Below are positions 19,692-30,000 of a stretch of DNA of 64,000 nt, in pieces (position 1 is the stretch's first letter; the number at the start of each line of letters is the position of its first letter). Both the position numbers and the translations under genes were made by a program. Source of the stretch: an uncultured Gammaproteobacteria bacterium (GTDB lineage Bacteria > Patescibacteriota > Microgenomatia > UBA8517); NCBI GenBank assembly GCA_964429215.1, contig CAYSAY010000004.1:8421-72420 (forward strand), read 5' to 3'. The notes beneath the pieces are model-generated. The model did not search any database and was not told the origin of the DNA. It was given only the letters and a program-made list of their open reading frames with translations.

Positions 19692-20713
19692 TGAACAAAA
19701 CAATTAAAATTTTATTGATTTTAGCTTTAATTCTTGTTTCCGCTGGTTCTTTGTGGACTCTAAAAAACAAAGTAAGTTCGGATGAAAAATATTCTGGTTC
19801 TATTCAAGAGTTTAACCTTAAACTTAAATGGCTGCATCAAGCGCAGTTTGCAGGAAATTATGTAGCAGTTGAGAAAGGATACTATAAAGAGGAAGGACTC
19901 AAAATTAATATTTTCCCTTTTAGTTTTGATGATCCAACAATCAAATCTGTTTCAGAAGGACGTGATATCTTTGGAATTACAGGTGCAGATGAATTGGTTT
20001 TAGCTAGGGCTAATGGAGTACCCATAAAAGCAATAGCAGTCATTTATAAAATAAATCCAGTTGCTGCATACTCACTACCTAATAGCGGTATTACAAAACC
20101 ACAAGATTTTATTGGTAAAACTGTAGGCATTGAAAGAGCTGGTGACGGAACTGAAATAAATATTGGAATTTTGTACCATGCTATGCTTGAAAAACTTGAT
20201 ATTGATAATAGTAAAATAAATGAAGTAACTATTGGTTATGATGCTAAAGAACTTCTCTCGGGCAAGACTGATGTCTCAACAGGTTATATTATAAATGAAC
20301 CAAATGAAGTTAGAGAAAAAATAGGGAGTGTAAATACAATTCTTATGGCAGACTACGGAGTTAATATGTATGCTGATGTTCTTTTTGCAACTGAGGATAC
20401 TATTAAAAACAAACCTGACATAGTTGAGCGTTTTTTACGCGCCACACTTAAGGGTTGGCAGTATGCGATAGAACACGAAGATGAAGCGGTTAATATGACC
20501 TTAAAGTATTCTAAGGATAGTAATAAAAAACATCAGGCATATATGTTAAAGGCTTCTGTCCCACTTATCCATACAGGTAATTCAAAGCTGGGTTGGATGG
20601 AGGGTAAACAATGGGAGCAACTACATAAAATATTACTTGATCAGAAAATATTAACTAAACCAATTGATATTGATAAAGCATATACGATGCAGTTTTTAGA
20701 AAAAATATATTAA
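19691..20713 (+). CDS. NMT1/THI5-like periplasmic substrate-binding protein
   Basis: Signal peptide; LKWLHQAQFAGNYVAVEKGYYKEEGL signature; start overlaps the upstream stop (ATAATGA). Confidence 0.65.
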   Translation: MNKTIKILLILALILVSAGSLWTLKNKVSSDEKYSGSIQEFNLKLKWLHQAQFAGNYVAVEKGYYKEEGLKINIFPFSFDDPTIKSVSEGRDIFGITGADELVLARANGVPIKAIAVIYKINPVAAYSLPNSGITKPQDFIGKTVGIERAGDGTEINIGILYHAMLEKLDIDNSKINEVTIGYDAKELLSGKTDVSTGYIINEPNEVREKIGSVNTILMADYGVNMYADVLFATEDTIKNKPDIVERFLRATLKGWQYAIEHEDEAVNMTLKYSKDSNKKHQAYMLKASVPLIHTGNSKLGWMEGKQWEQLHKILLDQKILTKPIDIDKAYTMQFLEKIY

Positions 20714-20714
20714 T

Positions 20715-23045
20715 ATGAGGCTGGCAAATAAGTTAGTAATTTTGGTTGAGTCTATTGTTGTGGTGGCTATAATTATAGGCGGTATCTCGACCTTTATAAT
20801 TTCAAGAAAAGTACTGATTGATAAAACTAAACAGCAACTAACTAGCATTTCTGTTTTAAAGGAAAACAATATAAAACGGTTTATTGAAGAAATAAAAGTA
20901 GAAATTGAATATTTAACAATTAATCCTAAAAGTAATAGTTTGTTTGTTAAATATATAAATTCAAACGGCCTAGATTATAGAGAAGAAGCATTTGACATAG
21001 TTCTTGATATTGTTAAACATAAAAAAATACTCCACAGTGTTTACTTAACTGATAATGAGGGTCGTGTGTTACTTTCTACACATTCTGAAGATGTAGGTAA
21101 GTTTAAATCAAATGAAGAATTTTTTGTAAATGGTAAAAAAAATACATATTTACAAAATTTTTATTTTGACACAACTATTAATAAAACTGCAATTTTAGTT
21201 TCTGTCCCAATATTAGACTCAGATGGAAACTTTTTAGGTGTGGTTGCCGGCAGAGTTAACACAGAAGAAATAAGTAATTTAATGACAGAAAGATCAGGTT
21301 TGGGAAAAAGCGGTGAAACTTTTTTAGTAAATTCATCTAATGTAGTAGTTACTGATTTACTGAAAGATCCAGATGCAGCTCTTAAAAAGACAATATTTTT
21401 ACCTCAAATAACGGAATGTCTTAGTGGTAAATCAAATTTTGAAGGTAGAATTGATTATACTAATGACAAAGTTTTAGGATATTGGTATTGGTTTCCCGAA
21501 TTAAATTCATGCCTAGTTTCAAAAATTGATAGTTCTGAAGCTTTTCTAGAGCTTAGGCAGGTTGTCTACATGCTATTAGTCACAGCTGGAATAATTGCAT
21601 TGTTGGTTGGTTTTATGGGTTATATGGTAGGTAAATTCATTGCTGCGCCTATTGTAGAAATGAGAAATGTAGCTAATCAAATTGAAAAGGGTAATTTGTC
21701 TGCTAGAACAAACATAAAATCAGGCGACGAAATCGGAGAATTATCAAATTCCTTAAATGATATGGCAGTTAATTTGGAATCATTATATTCTGGACTTGAA
21801 AAAAAGGTTGAGGATCGAACCAATGAGATTAATTCAAAATTGTTATTAATTGAAGATCAAAATAAAAATCTTGCTGAAAATAAATCAGCTATGCTTAATT
21901 TATTAGAAGACGCAAAAAAACTTGAAGATGAATTAAAAGCCGAGAAATTATCAGTTGAAAAGAAAGTTGATGAAAGGACAAAAGAAGTTGGCGAGGGAAA
22001 AGCAAAATTATTAGCTGCTATTGAGGCGCTTTCTAAAGCTTTTGTAATGATTGATTTAAATGGTGGAATAGTTTTGGTAAATGAAAATTTGAATAAAATA
22101 TTTAATACTGAAAAACAAAATTGGATGCTTTCTGATATTCAGGAGCAATTGGGAACAAGTTTTGATTTTGTTAAGGCGTATAAAAAAAATATTATAGAGA
22201 AGAAAAAGATAATTTATGACGATATCGCTTTTGGTTCAAGGGTTCTGCAAATTCGTTTTAGTCCTGTCTTTAGTGATAGAACAGGTGAAAAAATAATTTC
22301 AGGAATTTTAGCCATAATAGGTGATTTAACTGATGAAAAAGTGCTAGAAAGATCTAAAGATGAGTTTTTCTCAATTGCTAGCCATGAGCTTAGAACTCCA
22401 CTTACAGCAATTCGTGGCAACACCTCAATGATACTTGATTATTATAAAGAACAAGTTAAAGATCCAGATTTAAATCAAATGGTTACAGATACACATGATG
22501 CAAGCATTAGGCTTATAGGGATTGTTAATGACTTTTTAGACCTCTCACGGCTAGAACAAAAAAGAATGGAATACAAAAAGAGTGAATTCAAAATACTTGA
22601 TGTTGTACTTTCGGTGATTAAAGAATTAAAGGTGTCTGCTGAAGAGAAAGGTGTTAAATTGAATACTGATGTTGATAAAGATGTAAAGGTTAATGCAGAT
22701 CCTGATAAAGTTAAGCAAATACTATTTAACATCATTGGTAATTCATTAAAATTCACAGAAAAAGGAAGTGTGAATATTTCATCTTCTGTTGAAGACAATA
22801 AAATTAAAATTAGTGTTACAGATACAGGTGTTGGTATATCAAAAGAGAGCCAATCCTTATTGTTCAGGAAGTTTCAGCAGGCTGGAAAGTCCACAATTAC
22901 TAGAGATGGCGCCAAAGGCACTGGCCTTGGTTTGTACATCTCAAAATTGATGATAGAGGGTATGGGAGGACAAATTGCACTAGAGAGTTCAGTTGAGGGT
23001 AAAGGTTCAGTATTTACATTTACATTGCCGGTGGCAATCAATTAG
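20715..23045 (+). CDS. sensor histidine kinase (TM, Cache-like, TM, HAMP, coiled coil, PAS, HisKA, HATPase)
   Basis: H-box FFSIASHELRTPLTAIRGN, G-boxes GTGLGLYISKLMIEGMGGQI; periplasmic domain between two TM helices. Confidence 0.85.
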   Translation: MRLANKLVILVESIVVVAIIIGGISTFIISRKVLIDKTKQQLTSISVLKENNIKRFIEEIKVEIEYLTINPKSNSLFVKYINSNGLDYREEAFDIVLDIVKHKKILHSVYLTDNEGRVLLSTHSEDVGKFKSNEEFFVNGKKNTYLQNFYFDTTINKTAILVSVPILDSDGNFLGVVAGRVNTEEISNLMTERSGLGKSGETFLVNSSNVVVTDLLKDPDAALKKTIFLPQITECLSGKSNFEGRIDYTNDKVLGYWYWFPELNSCLVSKIDSSEAFLELRQVVYMLLVTAGIIALLVGFMGYMVGKFIAAPIVEMRNVANQIEKGNLSARTNIKSGDEIGELSNSLNDMAVNLESLYSGLEKKVEDRTNEINSKLLLIEDQNKNLAENKSAMLNLLEDAKKLEDELKAEKLSVEKKVDERTKEVGEGKAKLLAAIEALSKAFVMIDLNGGIVLVNENLNKIFNTEKQNWMLSDIQEQLGTSFDFVKAYKKNIIEKKKIIYDDIAFGSRVLQIRFSPVFSDRTGEKIISGILAIIGDLTDEKVLERSKDEFFSIASHELRTPLTAIRGNTSMILDYYKEQVKDPDLNQMVTDTHDASIRLIGIVNDFLDLSRLEQKRMEYKKSEFKILDVVLSVIKELKVSAEEKGVKLNTDVDKDVKVNADPDKVKQILFNIIGNSLKFTEKGSVNISSSVEDNKIKISVTDTGVGISKESQSLLFRKFQQAGKSTITRDGAKGTGLGLYISKLMIEGMGGQIALESSVEGKGSVFTFTLPVAIN

Positions 23046-23155
23046 TTAATAATGAATAGTGAATAGTTAATAATTGGAACATAACAAAAACTAAGAATTA
23101 ATAATGAATAAGCAAAGCTTGCCACTTCGTGGTAGTGAAGAGTTAATAATTTGAA
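23041..23155. repeat. left flank of four-helix-bundle gene: direct copies of AGTTAATAAT(T)
   Basis: Copies at 23043, 23065, 23097 (variant) and 23141; inverted copies are in the right flank at 23504..23545. Confidence 0.5.
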
Positions 23156-23503
23156 ATGATAACAATACAGGATAGATCGTTTAAGTTTGGAGTTGAGATT
23201 GTTAAATTAACATTTTTATTACCCAAATCTCCAGCTGGATATGCATTGGCCAGTCAAATTGTTCGGTCTGGCACTTCGATTGGTGCAAATATTGAAGAAG
23301 CTCAAGGCGCTTCATCAAAGAAGGATTTTGTAAATAAGATGCAAATTTCACTCAAGGAAGCTCGAGAAACTTACTTTTGGCTAAAAATATTAAGAGAATC
23401 TAAATTGGTCCAGTTGGAAAATATAAGCTACTTATTGCAAGAGTGTGAAGAAGTGGTTAAAATCTTAATAACAATAGTCAAAAATTCAAAACTTAATAAA
23501 TAA
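23156..23503 (+). CDS. four-helix-bundle protein (23S rRNA intervening-sequence protein family, TIGR02436-like)
   Basis: FKFGVEIVKLTFLLP...SGTSIGANIEEAQGASSKKDFVNKMQISLKEARETYFWLKI is the typical family signature. Confidence 0.8.
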   Translation: MITIQDRSFKFGVEIVKLTFLLPKSPAGYALASQIVRSGTSIGANIEEAQGASSKKDFVNKMQISLKEARETYFWLKILRESKLVQLENISYLLQECEEVVKILITIVKNSKLNK

Positions 23504-23545
23504 TTTTTGTTTTAATTATTAACTATTAATTATTAACTATTAATT
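23504..23545. repeat. right flank: tandem AATTATTAACT(A) copies, the reverse complement of the left-flank AGTTAATAATT
   Basis: ttaattattaactattaattattaactattaattatg read directly from sequence. Confidence 0.5.
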
Positions 23546-23947
23546 ATGTCAACCAAAGTATTAATTGTTGAGGATGACCCATTGATGAGTCGGATGTATC
23601 AAAAGATATTCACTTTTGAAGGATATGAAGTTGTCATGGCTGGAAACGGCGAAGATGGCTTGGAAAAAGCAAAGAAAGACACCCCAACTATAATTCTTCT
23701 TGATGTCATGATGCCTAAGATGAACGGTTTGGAGATGTTGGAGAAATTAAAACTTGATCCAAAAAGTAAATCCATTCCCGTTATTATGCTCACTAATTTA
23801 GCAGGAGAAAAGGATGCAGAAAATGCATTGTCTAAAGGAGCTGTAAAGTATATTGTAAAGTCTGAATATGAACCCAAACAAGTTGTTGATATGGTCAAAG
23901 AAATTTTGGCAGGTTATACCAGAGATTTAGTTCCAGAAGCAAAATAA
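23546..23947 (+). CDS. response regulator, receiver domain only
   Basis: KVLIVEDDPLM...ILLDVMMPKMNG...; 133 aa with no output domain. Confidence 0.85.
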   Translation: MSTKVLIVEDDPLMSRMYQKIFTFEGYEVVMAGNGEDGLEKAKKDTPTIILLDVMMPKMNGLEMLEKLKLDPKSKSIPVIMLTNLAGEKDAENALSKGAVKYIVKSEYEPKQVVDMVKEILAGYTRDLVPEAK

Positions 23948-23957
23948 ACAACCTCTT

Positions 23958-24575
23958 TTAAAAAATATCGTTGAAGTAGCCATACGTTAGACTTGCTCTA
24001 TTTGGCCAGCCAGTTGTTACGTTAGTAAAGTCTGTAGTGCCTTTTGCATACCTATATGCTCCAGTTGATAACTCTTTTTGTATAAACCAAGCACCATCTT
24101 TATTTACAAAACCATAGTAGACATCAACTCCTGCATCATCAACTTCGGTAATGTTGTAGCCGTCAGTTGGCTTTTTCTCGGCTGGGTCAATTTGCACACC
24201 TGCCAAGTTTTTAACTGCTACAGTTCCTGGTCCTGGCATGCTTCCAAAGAATGCAGCTTCTGTACTTTTGGTAAAAATTGTCATTAAGAAGAGCGATCCT
24301 CCAGCAGCACCAATTAATTTCAAAAATTTTCTGCGCTCAGGATCATAATCTTTATTTTTTACTTTATTTAAGCTATCAGGAATTATATCTAATACTGGGT
24401 CAATTACAACTTTTGCCTGCCTTTTCTTAGGTAGTATTAACATCCCAAAATAGAAGGCGATAGGGAAGAAAATGACGGCACTTATTAACTCTGGATAGCT
24501 TTTTGTATCTAAAAATCCAGCAACAGTCATAAATGTTGTCAGTAGAAATGAATATAAAACAATTAGACCCTTCAT
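23958..24575 (-). CDS. membrane protein with internal twin-arginine-like motif (ERRKFLKLIGAAGGSLF) and C-terminal extracytoplasmic domain
   Basis: Two N-terminal TM helices, then RRKFLK followed by a hydrophobic stretch. Confidence 0.4.
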   Translation of the reverse strand: MKGLIVLYSFLLTTFMTVAGFLDTKSYPELISAVIFFPIAFYFGMLILPKKRQAKVVIDPVLDIIPDSLNKVKNKDYDPERRKFLKLIGAAGGSLFLMTIFTKSTEAAFFGSMPGPGTVAVKNLAGVQIDPAEKKPTDGYNITEVDDAGVDVYYGFVNKDGAWFIQKELSTGAYRYAKGTTDFTNVTTGWPNRASLTYGYFNDIF

Positions 24576-24808
24576 ATAATTTTAGTTAATGTATATAGAA
24601 TTAATATTACTAATATTCCAAGGTAAACTAAAGCAGATTTTTTATGTGTTGTTAGCTGAAAGTCATCAGAGTTTGTAAATAGTTCTGCTAAAAAGTAGGC
24701 GGGGATTGGGAGAAAGAAAAAACCCAAATACGGTGCAGTTGTGGTTGTGGTCAAAAATATAAAAGTTGAAAGCCCTGCCAGTATTATGACAAATAGTTTG
24801 TTGATCAT
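24572..24808 (-). CDS. small two-TM membrane protein
   Basis: Hydrophobic 78-aa ORF; 4-bp overlaps with both neighbours. Confidence 0.3.
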   Translation of the reverse strand: MINKLFVIILAGLSTFIFLTTTTTAPYLGFFFLPIPAYFLAELFTNSDDFQLTTHKKSALVYLGILVILILYTLTKII

Positions 24809-25086
24809 GGTGTAGGTGTCGTTTCTATTAATCCTGTAACGTCTAACGCTTCTCTTAGGGCTCTAATCTCTGCTTTAATTAACGTCAAGTCAGATTGAAT
24901 AGTAGCGGGGGTTGTAGGAACAGTTACGGGTGACGGGTTACCTGCCTGCGCAGGCAGGCGAGTTACGGGTTGCGGGACAGATATTGCAACAGGATTACTT
25001 ACTTTAGATAAAATATATAAATTAAAGCCTAGATTAATTAGGCATAGAAAGAAGATAATAACTAAGACTCTGGCGTACTTTTCCAT
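24805..25086 (-). CDS. small TM protein with Pro/Thr-rich tail
   Basis: N-terminal TM helix, PVTVPTTPATIQ tail, overlap-coupled with neighbours. Confidence 0.3.
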   Translation of the reverse strand: MEKYARVLVIIFFLCLINLGFNLYILSKVSNPVAISVPQPVTRLPAQAGNPSPVTVPTTPATIQSDLTLIKAEIRALREALDVTGLIETTPTP

Positions 25087-25105
25087 GGTTATAATAATAT
25101 TAACA

Positions 25106-27022
25106 CTATTCCTGTGGGATTTGAACTTGAGGATCTATGACTGGCTCTGCAGGTTGTGCTGGTGGGGTAGTTAATTCCTCTGTTGGTGCTGGTAATGTTT
25201 CTTCTTCAGTTGGCTTCTCAACTACTTTCTCATCCATTTTCTCAAGTTCTGACTTTGCAAGTTCGTAATCTTTTGAATCTTTTTCAACCAATTGCAATAC
25301 TAAGGTCATTTGTGCTTTTGCCTTATCTATTTCATTGTTATTTTTATAGGCCATGGCTAAATTATAATGTGAATTAGCAAAATCAGGTTTAGCGAGGACT
25401 GCCAGTTCAAATATCTTAATTGCATCTGAATATTTTTGTTCAGCAAAGTAAATTCCACCTAGTTTTATCCTCAAGATTGGATTAATTGGTTCCAAAAAAA
25501 TTGCTTGACCATAACTTTCGACAGCAAAGGTATTCGCATCTTTTGCGAAAGACGAAATGTTACTGTATATATCGCCAAGAGCCTCCCAGTTTGATGATTT
25601 TCTAGGATTTACTGAAACGCCTGCTTTTCCTTCTCTTATTGCTTGCTGAATAAGTTCTGCAATTGTTCTTTTGTCCTCATCTGTAATATCTGCTTTTTTG
25701 GCTAAATTTGTAGCTATTGCAATGTTTATTTCAGCAGAAGCCTTATGATATCTGTCTATGTAAGGGTTTATGGCGATTGCCTTATTTAAATTGTCATAAG
25801 CCTTCACGCCATCATTTGCAGAAATAGCTTTTAAGGCCACACCGTATATATATTCTGAATAAAATGCCTTGTAGCCAAAAAATATTCCTAATACTATAAA
25901 TGCAATGAGCGGTATAGAAAGTAAAATTATAGGTAACTTTGAAGAAAAACGACCAAAGCTCATATGAGTACTGTTATTTAAGGAGATTAATATAAATATG
26001 ATTGGTAATGTAACAGATGGAATAGGTAAGAGTATTGATATCAGGCTAAGGGCGACCACTCCGTAGTAAACATTATTTTGTTTATTATCTTTACTTAATG
26101 ATTTAACTAATATAATTACAAAGACTACAAGGCCTAGAAGTCCCACTTCAGAAAGAATTGTAAATAAATTATTAGAAGATACAATGAATTTATTGTTCCA
26201 GTTTGGAGTGTTGTTAAATTCAATTGGCCTTAATTTACTAAATCCTTCATTAAAATTTGATGGACCAAAACCAAGTAATGGGCTTTGTTTAATTGTGTCA
26301 ATCGCAATTGACCAACCAGTTTTGATTGATGGTAATTTTAATGACGTTTCTTTGCCCGGAAGAAGTGCAAAAATATTAAATCCAAGTGCTACTAAAATAA
26401 CTAAACTTGAAGCTCCATAAATCGCTTTTTGAGTTAGGTTTGAAACCTTAAGAGTTTTATTTATTGATACTGAAACTATTGTGACAAAAAATACTATAGT
26501 GCTCAGTAAATTGCCGAATATTTGGAAATTTTTTGGGACTACCCCAAAGAATGAAAATAACTGTACCAAAGACGCAGTAATTGCGGACATGATTAAAGTA
26601 TTTTCCACAATGGCTTTATCTTTATTGTCTAGTTGGTTAGTAAAGAAGTAGAGAATTGCCCCAAAAATTACAAATGCAGAAGCTCCGGGTAAAAATAAAG
26701 AATCATATTTATTTGGGGAGATAAAGATACTTGATAATATATAGGCTAGGGTAAATAAAAGTACGTAAAAATCAAGTTTTCCTACCTTAAACTCAAAACC
26801 TCCGTCAGTAAAATACTTAACTATTTTAATTACTGCCATTAAGATAACAGAAACTGATAGTAACAATAATTTTCCTGTTTCAAATGGATTATTAAAGACT
26901 GGTAAGAGGAACAGGGGGAATAAAAATATAGTCCCAAATAACAAATATTTATCAATTAGTTTTAATAATTTAATTAGCTTCATTGTGTGTTTAAGTTTTA
27001 CAAATTTTTTGATTCTTGTCAA
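25106..27022 (-). CDS. large polytopic membrane protein with C-terminal TPR repeats and Pro-rich tail (O-antigen ligase / O-oligosaccharyltransferase-like architecture suspected)
   Basis: About ten or more TM helices and a large loop, followed by TPR-like repeats (AIAINPYIDRYHKASAEINIAIATNLAKK, YNLAMAYKNNNEIDKAKAQ). Confidence 0.45.
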   Translation of the reverse strand: MTRIKKFVKLKHTMKLIKLLKLIDKYLLFGTIFLFPLFLLPVFNNPFETGKLLLLSVSVILMAVIKIVKYFTDGGFEFKVGKLDFYVLLFTLAYILSSIFISPNKYDSLFLPGASAFVIFGAILYFFTNQLDNKDKAIVENTLIMSAITASLVQLFSFFGVVPKNFQIFGNLLSTIVFFVTIVSVSINKTLKVSNLTQKAIYGASSLVILVALGFNIFALLPGKETSLKLPSIKTGWSIAIDTIKQSPLLGFGPSNFNEGFSKLRPIEFNNTPNWNNKFIVSSNNLFTILSEVGLLGLVVFVIILVKSLSKDNKQNNVYYGVVALSLISILLPIPSVTLPIIFILISLNNSTHMSFGRFSSKLPIILLSIPLIAFIVLGIFFGYKAFYSEYIYGVALKAISANDGVKAYDNLNKAIAINPYIDRYHKASAEINIAIATNLAKKADITDEDKRTIAELIQQAIREGKAGVSVNPRKSSNWEALGDIYSNISSFAKDANTFAVESYGQAIFLEPINPILRIKLGGIYFAEQKYSDAIKIFELAVLAKPDFANSHYNLAMAYKNNNEIDKAKAQMTLVLQLVEKDSKDYELAKSELEKMDEKVVEKPTEEETLPAPTEELTTPPAQPAEPVIDPQVQIPQE

Positions 27023-27086
27023 TACTATCTATTTCAAAATGTATATAAAGATATCTTTTGATATACTAATATAACTTTTAATATTT

Positions 27087-30000
27087 CTAATTTAGATCAA
27101 TAATCCACCAGTTAAATTCAACATCGGTATCAATTGCTTCATTAAAACCAATTGTAAATTCGTTTAAATCTTTTGATTTGACATACAAAACTTTATTTTG
27201 GGTTGATGATACTGGCGTTACATATATCAAAGAATTAGTTTTTACTTTATTGTTTATAATTTTTAATTCAGTTGTGTTTGCTGTCAAAATTGCAGTTCCT
27301 GCAATTGAATTCGAATTTATTTGACCTTCAATAATTGTTGCAGATTCTGTTGCAATATCTGTAGTATTACTTCCAATAATTAAATTACCAAGAACCTTCA
27401 GATTGCCGGCAACCTCAAGGTTTCCTGTAAACAATGCGTTTCCGTCTGTGTCAATTTTGATTTTTCCAGCCATAATTTCAATTGGTGCTATTGCCAAAGA
27501 TTGGATGGATAAGGTGCCATCAATTGAGTCAAGCGATTTTGCAGTTAAGTTTTCTGCAACGAATAGGGAAGTGACAGTTGCATTTCCTGTTACAAAAAGA
27601 TTACTTGCGATAACGTCTGATATAGTTGCTGATGATGTTGCAGTATCAGTTGACCAATTAATTGCTTCTGCAAATAATGCTTGGTTGCCTTCAACTTCAG
27701 CCAAAAGTGCTTCAATCTCATCAAGTCTTTCAGACTCTATTTGATTTGCATATAATGTTCCAGAAATTGTTGCATCACCTGCAAATTCTGCATTTCCAGC
27801 TCCATCAATTACTGCAACTTCCTCATTATTATCTCCTTTTATAACAAGTTTTGAAGCAGTTTGGCTGTCATCAGGTTGCAAATCAATTATTAAATCAGTG
27901 TTAGCAATAGGGGAGATGATTTCAGATGTTTTCATACTTTCTATTTTTCGGTCTAATTCTTGAATTGCTCCAGCGAGTACGGCGGTTAATTTGCTGTAAT
28001 CTAGATTTTTATAACCTGCGGTGTCTGTGATGACAAGCTCTGGGAAAATCTGTTCGACATCTTGGGCAAGGAAACCAAGTGAGTTAGCGTCCCCTGTATT
28101 GTATTCGCCGTTCCAGGTGAAGCGAACGGGTTTGAGTTGTTGCACTAGTTCTAGATTGTCGGTAATGGAGGTAATATTTGTTTTTAAACGCGCATCTGAG
28201 AGGGCGGCAGTATTGTCGGTACAGGCCTCGTCGGCATTTAAGTCTAGACAAACATTACCCTTAACATCAAATAACCTGTCGGGAGTGGTGTCGCCTACAC
28301 CGACGTTGCCGGCATTAGGGTTGAGAGCGATATCTCGATAGGCAGTGCCAGGCTTCATTGCCTGAATCCAAGAATAATCCCCATCATGTACTCCAAAGAA
28401 AAGTGACTCGTCAGTGGACGTACCAGTGCCAGTGGTAAGACCCAACATACTAGACCCATTATATACAGAGGATGATCCGGTGATCTGCAATTTTGAACCA
28501 GGAGAAGTAACTCCGATGCCGACGTTGCCCCTCAGGGCTGTGGTCCCAATGCTCGTATTACCTAGTACGACCGTGTTTGTCCCAAGACCGGTGGCGTTGT
28601 AACCAATCACAATTTCGTTGGTATCGCCGTTTGCCAATGCTTTTGTCGAGTTACCAAGATATAGACTTGTATTGCTAGTCTGGTTGGCAGTTGCTCCACC
28701 TGAGATATATCTTCCAGCGTTTACACCGATTGCGTCGTTATAATAGCCAGTAGTGATGTTATAGAGAGCGTTTAGTCCTATAGCAGTGTTTTGATAACCA
28801 GTTGTATTTGATAGAAGAGTATTTATCCCTACTGCGGTGTTGTGCCAGCCAGTATTTACACTCAGAGCGTTTAAGCCTAAAGCAGTTGTACCAGGATCTA
28901 TAATCCCTGCTCTTGTTGTGCCATTGTAGATGACACCACCTGTCGTGTTGACTCTAGGCTCTTTGACACCTAGAGAGGCATCGGCAATATTATCGGTATA
29001 GGTAGTAGTGGTGTTGTCTGCAATAGTGGCTACCAATGCCAAAAGACTATTTAAGCCTCCTGCCGTAGATCGATATATCTTTCTAGATGTGACTGATGTA
29101 TCTGCTGAAACAGGAATAGCTGATAAATTGACCTGCTGATTGACAGGACTGACTACTGATGAGACTATGCCGCTTTCGGTTTCTCCGACAGCTGTGACAA
29201 AGGAGATGCGGTAGTAATAGGCTCCGTTAAGGTTGCCCGCCGTCGCATTGACGGCAACCGTAGGCGCTCCAGGGGCATCGACTTGATCGAAGCGTAGATG
29301 ACCATTTTTGAGATTGAGCTTTTGAGTAGGAGTTGTTGTCCCGATGCCGACGTTGCCAGAGTTGTTTATAGTCATTCTGTAGGATGGGGTAAATGTATTT
29401 CCGATAGCAGTAGTACTGTCAGTATGAAACGATATCGCGCCTCCTGATTGCCAGATGCCTGAGGCACCTCCAGCAGCTCTGAATGTCCACGCATTGGCGT
29501 CGGTAATAGCAGTTCCAGTATATTCAGCTCCTCCGGAAATCAAAGCTTGACCTCCGCCATCTGAAGTGAGATAGAGGCCTTCATTAGTTGTACTTTGTCT
29601 TAAGTTAAACCCAGATTTATTTGCAGCATTTGCTACTGTAACGAGCTGATCTGGAGCTGTTATCCCGATGCCGACGTTGCCAGAGGTAGGGGCCAAAAGT
29701 ATGTTGTTAAAGCCTGTCTGATTACCTTGGATTGATAAAGCACCAGTCGCACTAATTCTAGTAAAATCAAAACCACTTGTATCGCTAGCATTACTAAGTC
29801 TGAGAATGATTGCATCACTAGTAACTTGAGAAACAACGAGTTTACCACCCGGTGCAGTCGTTCCAATACCGACATTGCCAGTGGAATCAATCCTCATCCT
29901 TTCGTTTGTAGCGGAATTTCCTGTGCCAAAACGAATATCACCTGAATATCCAGATGTGCCACTTGTTCCGAACTCTATCCAAGATAAGTTGTTATATCCA

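Noticed and set aside
23504-23545. Possible CRISPR array from short AT-rich tandem repeats (also 38183..38225)
   Set aside because: Units are 11-14 bp with no unique spacers and only 2-3 copies. No cas genes are present. They behave as inverted or direct flanks of a gene cassette instead.
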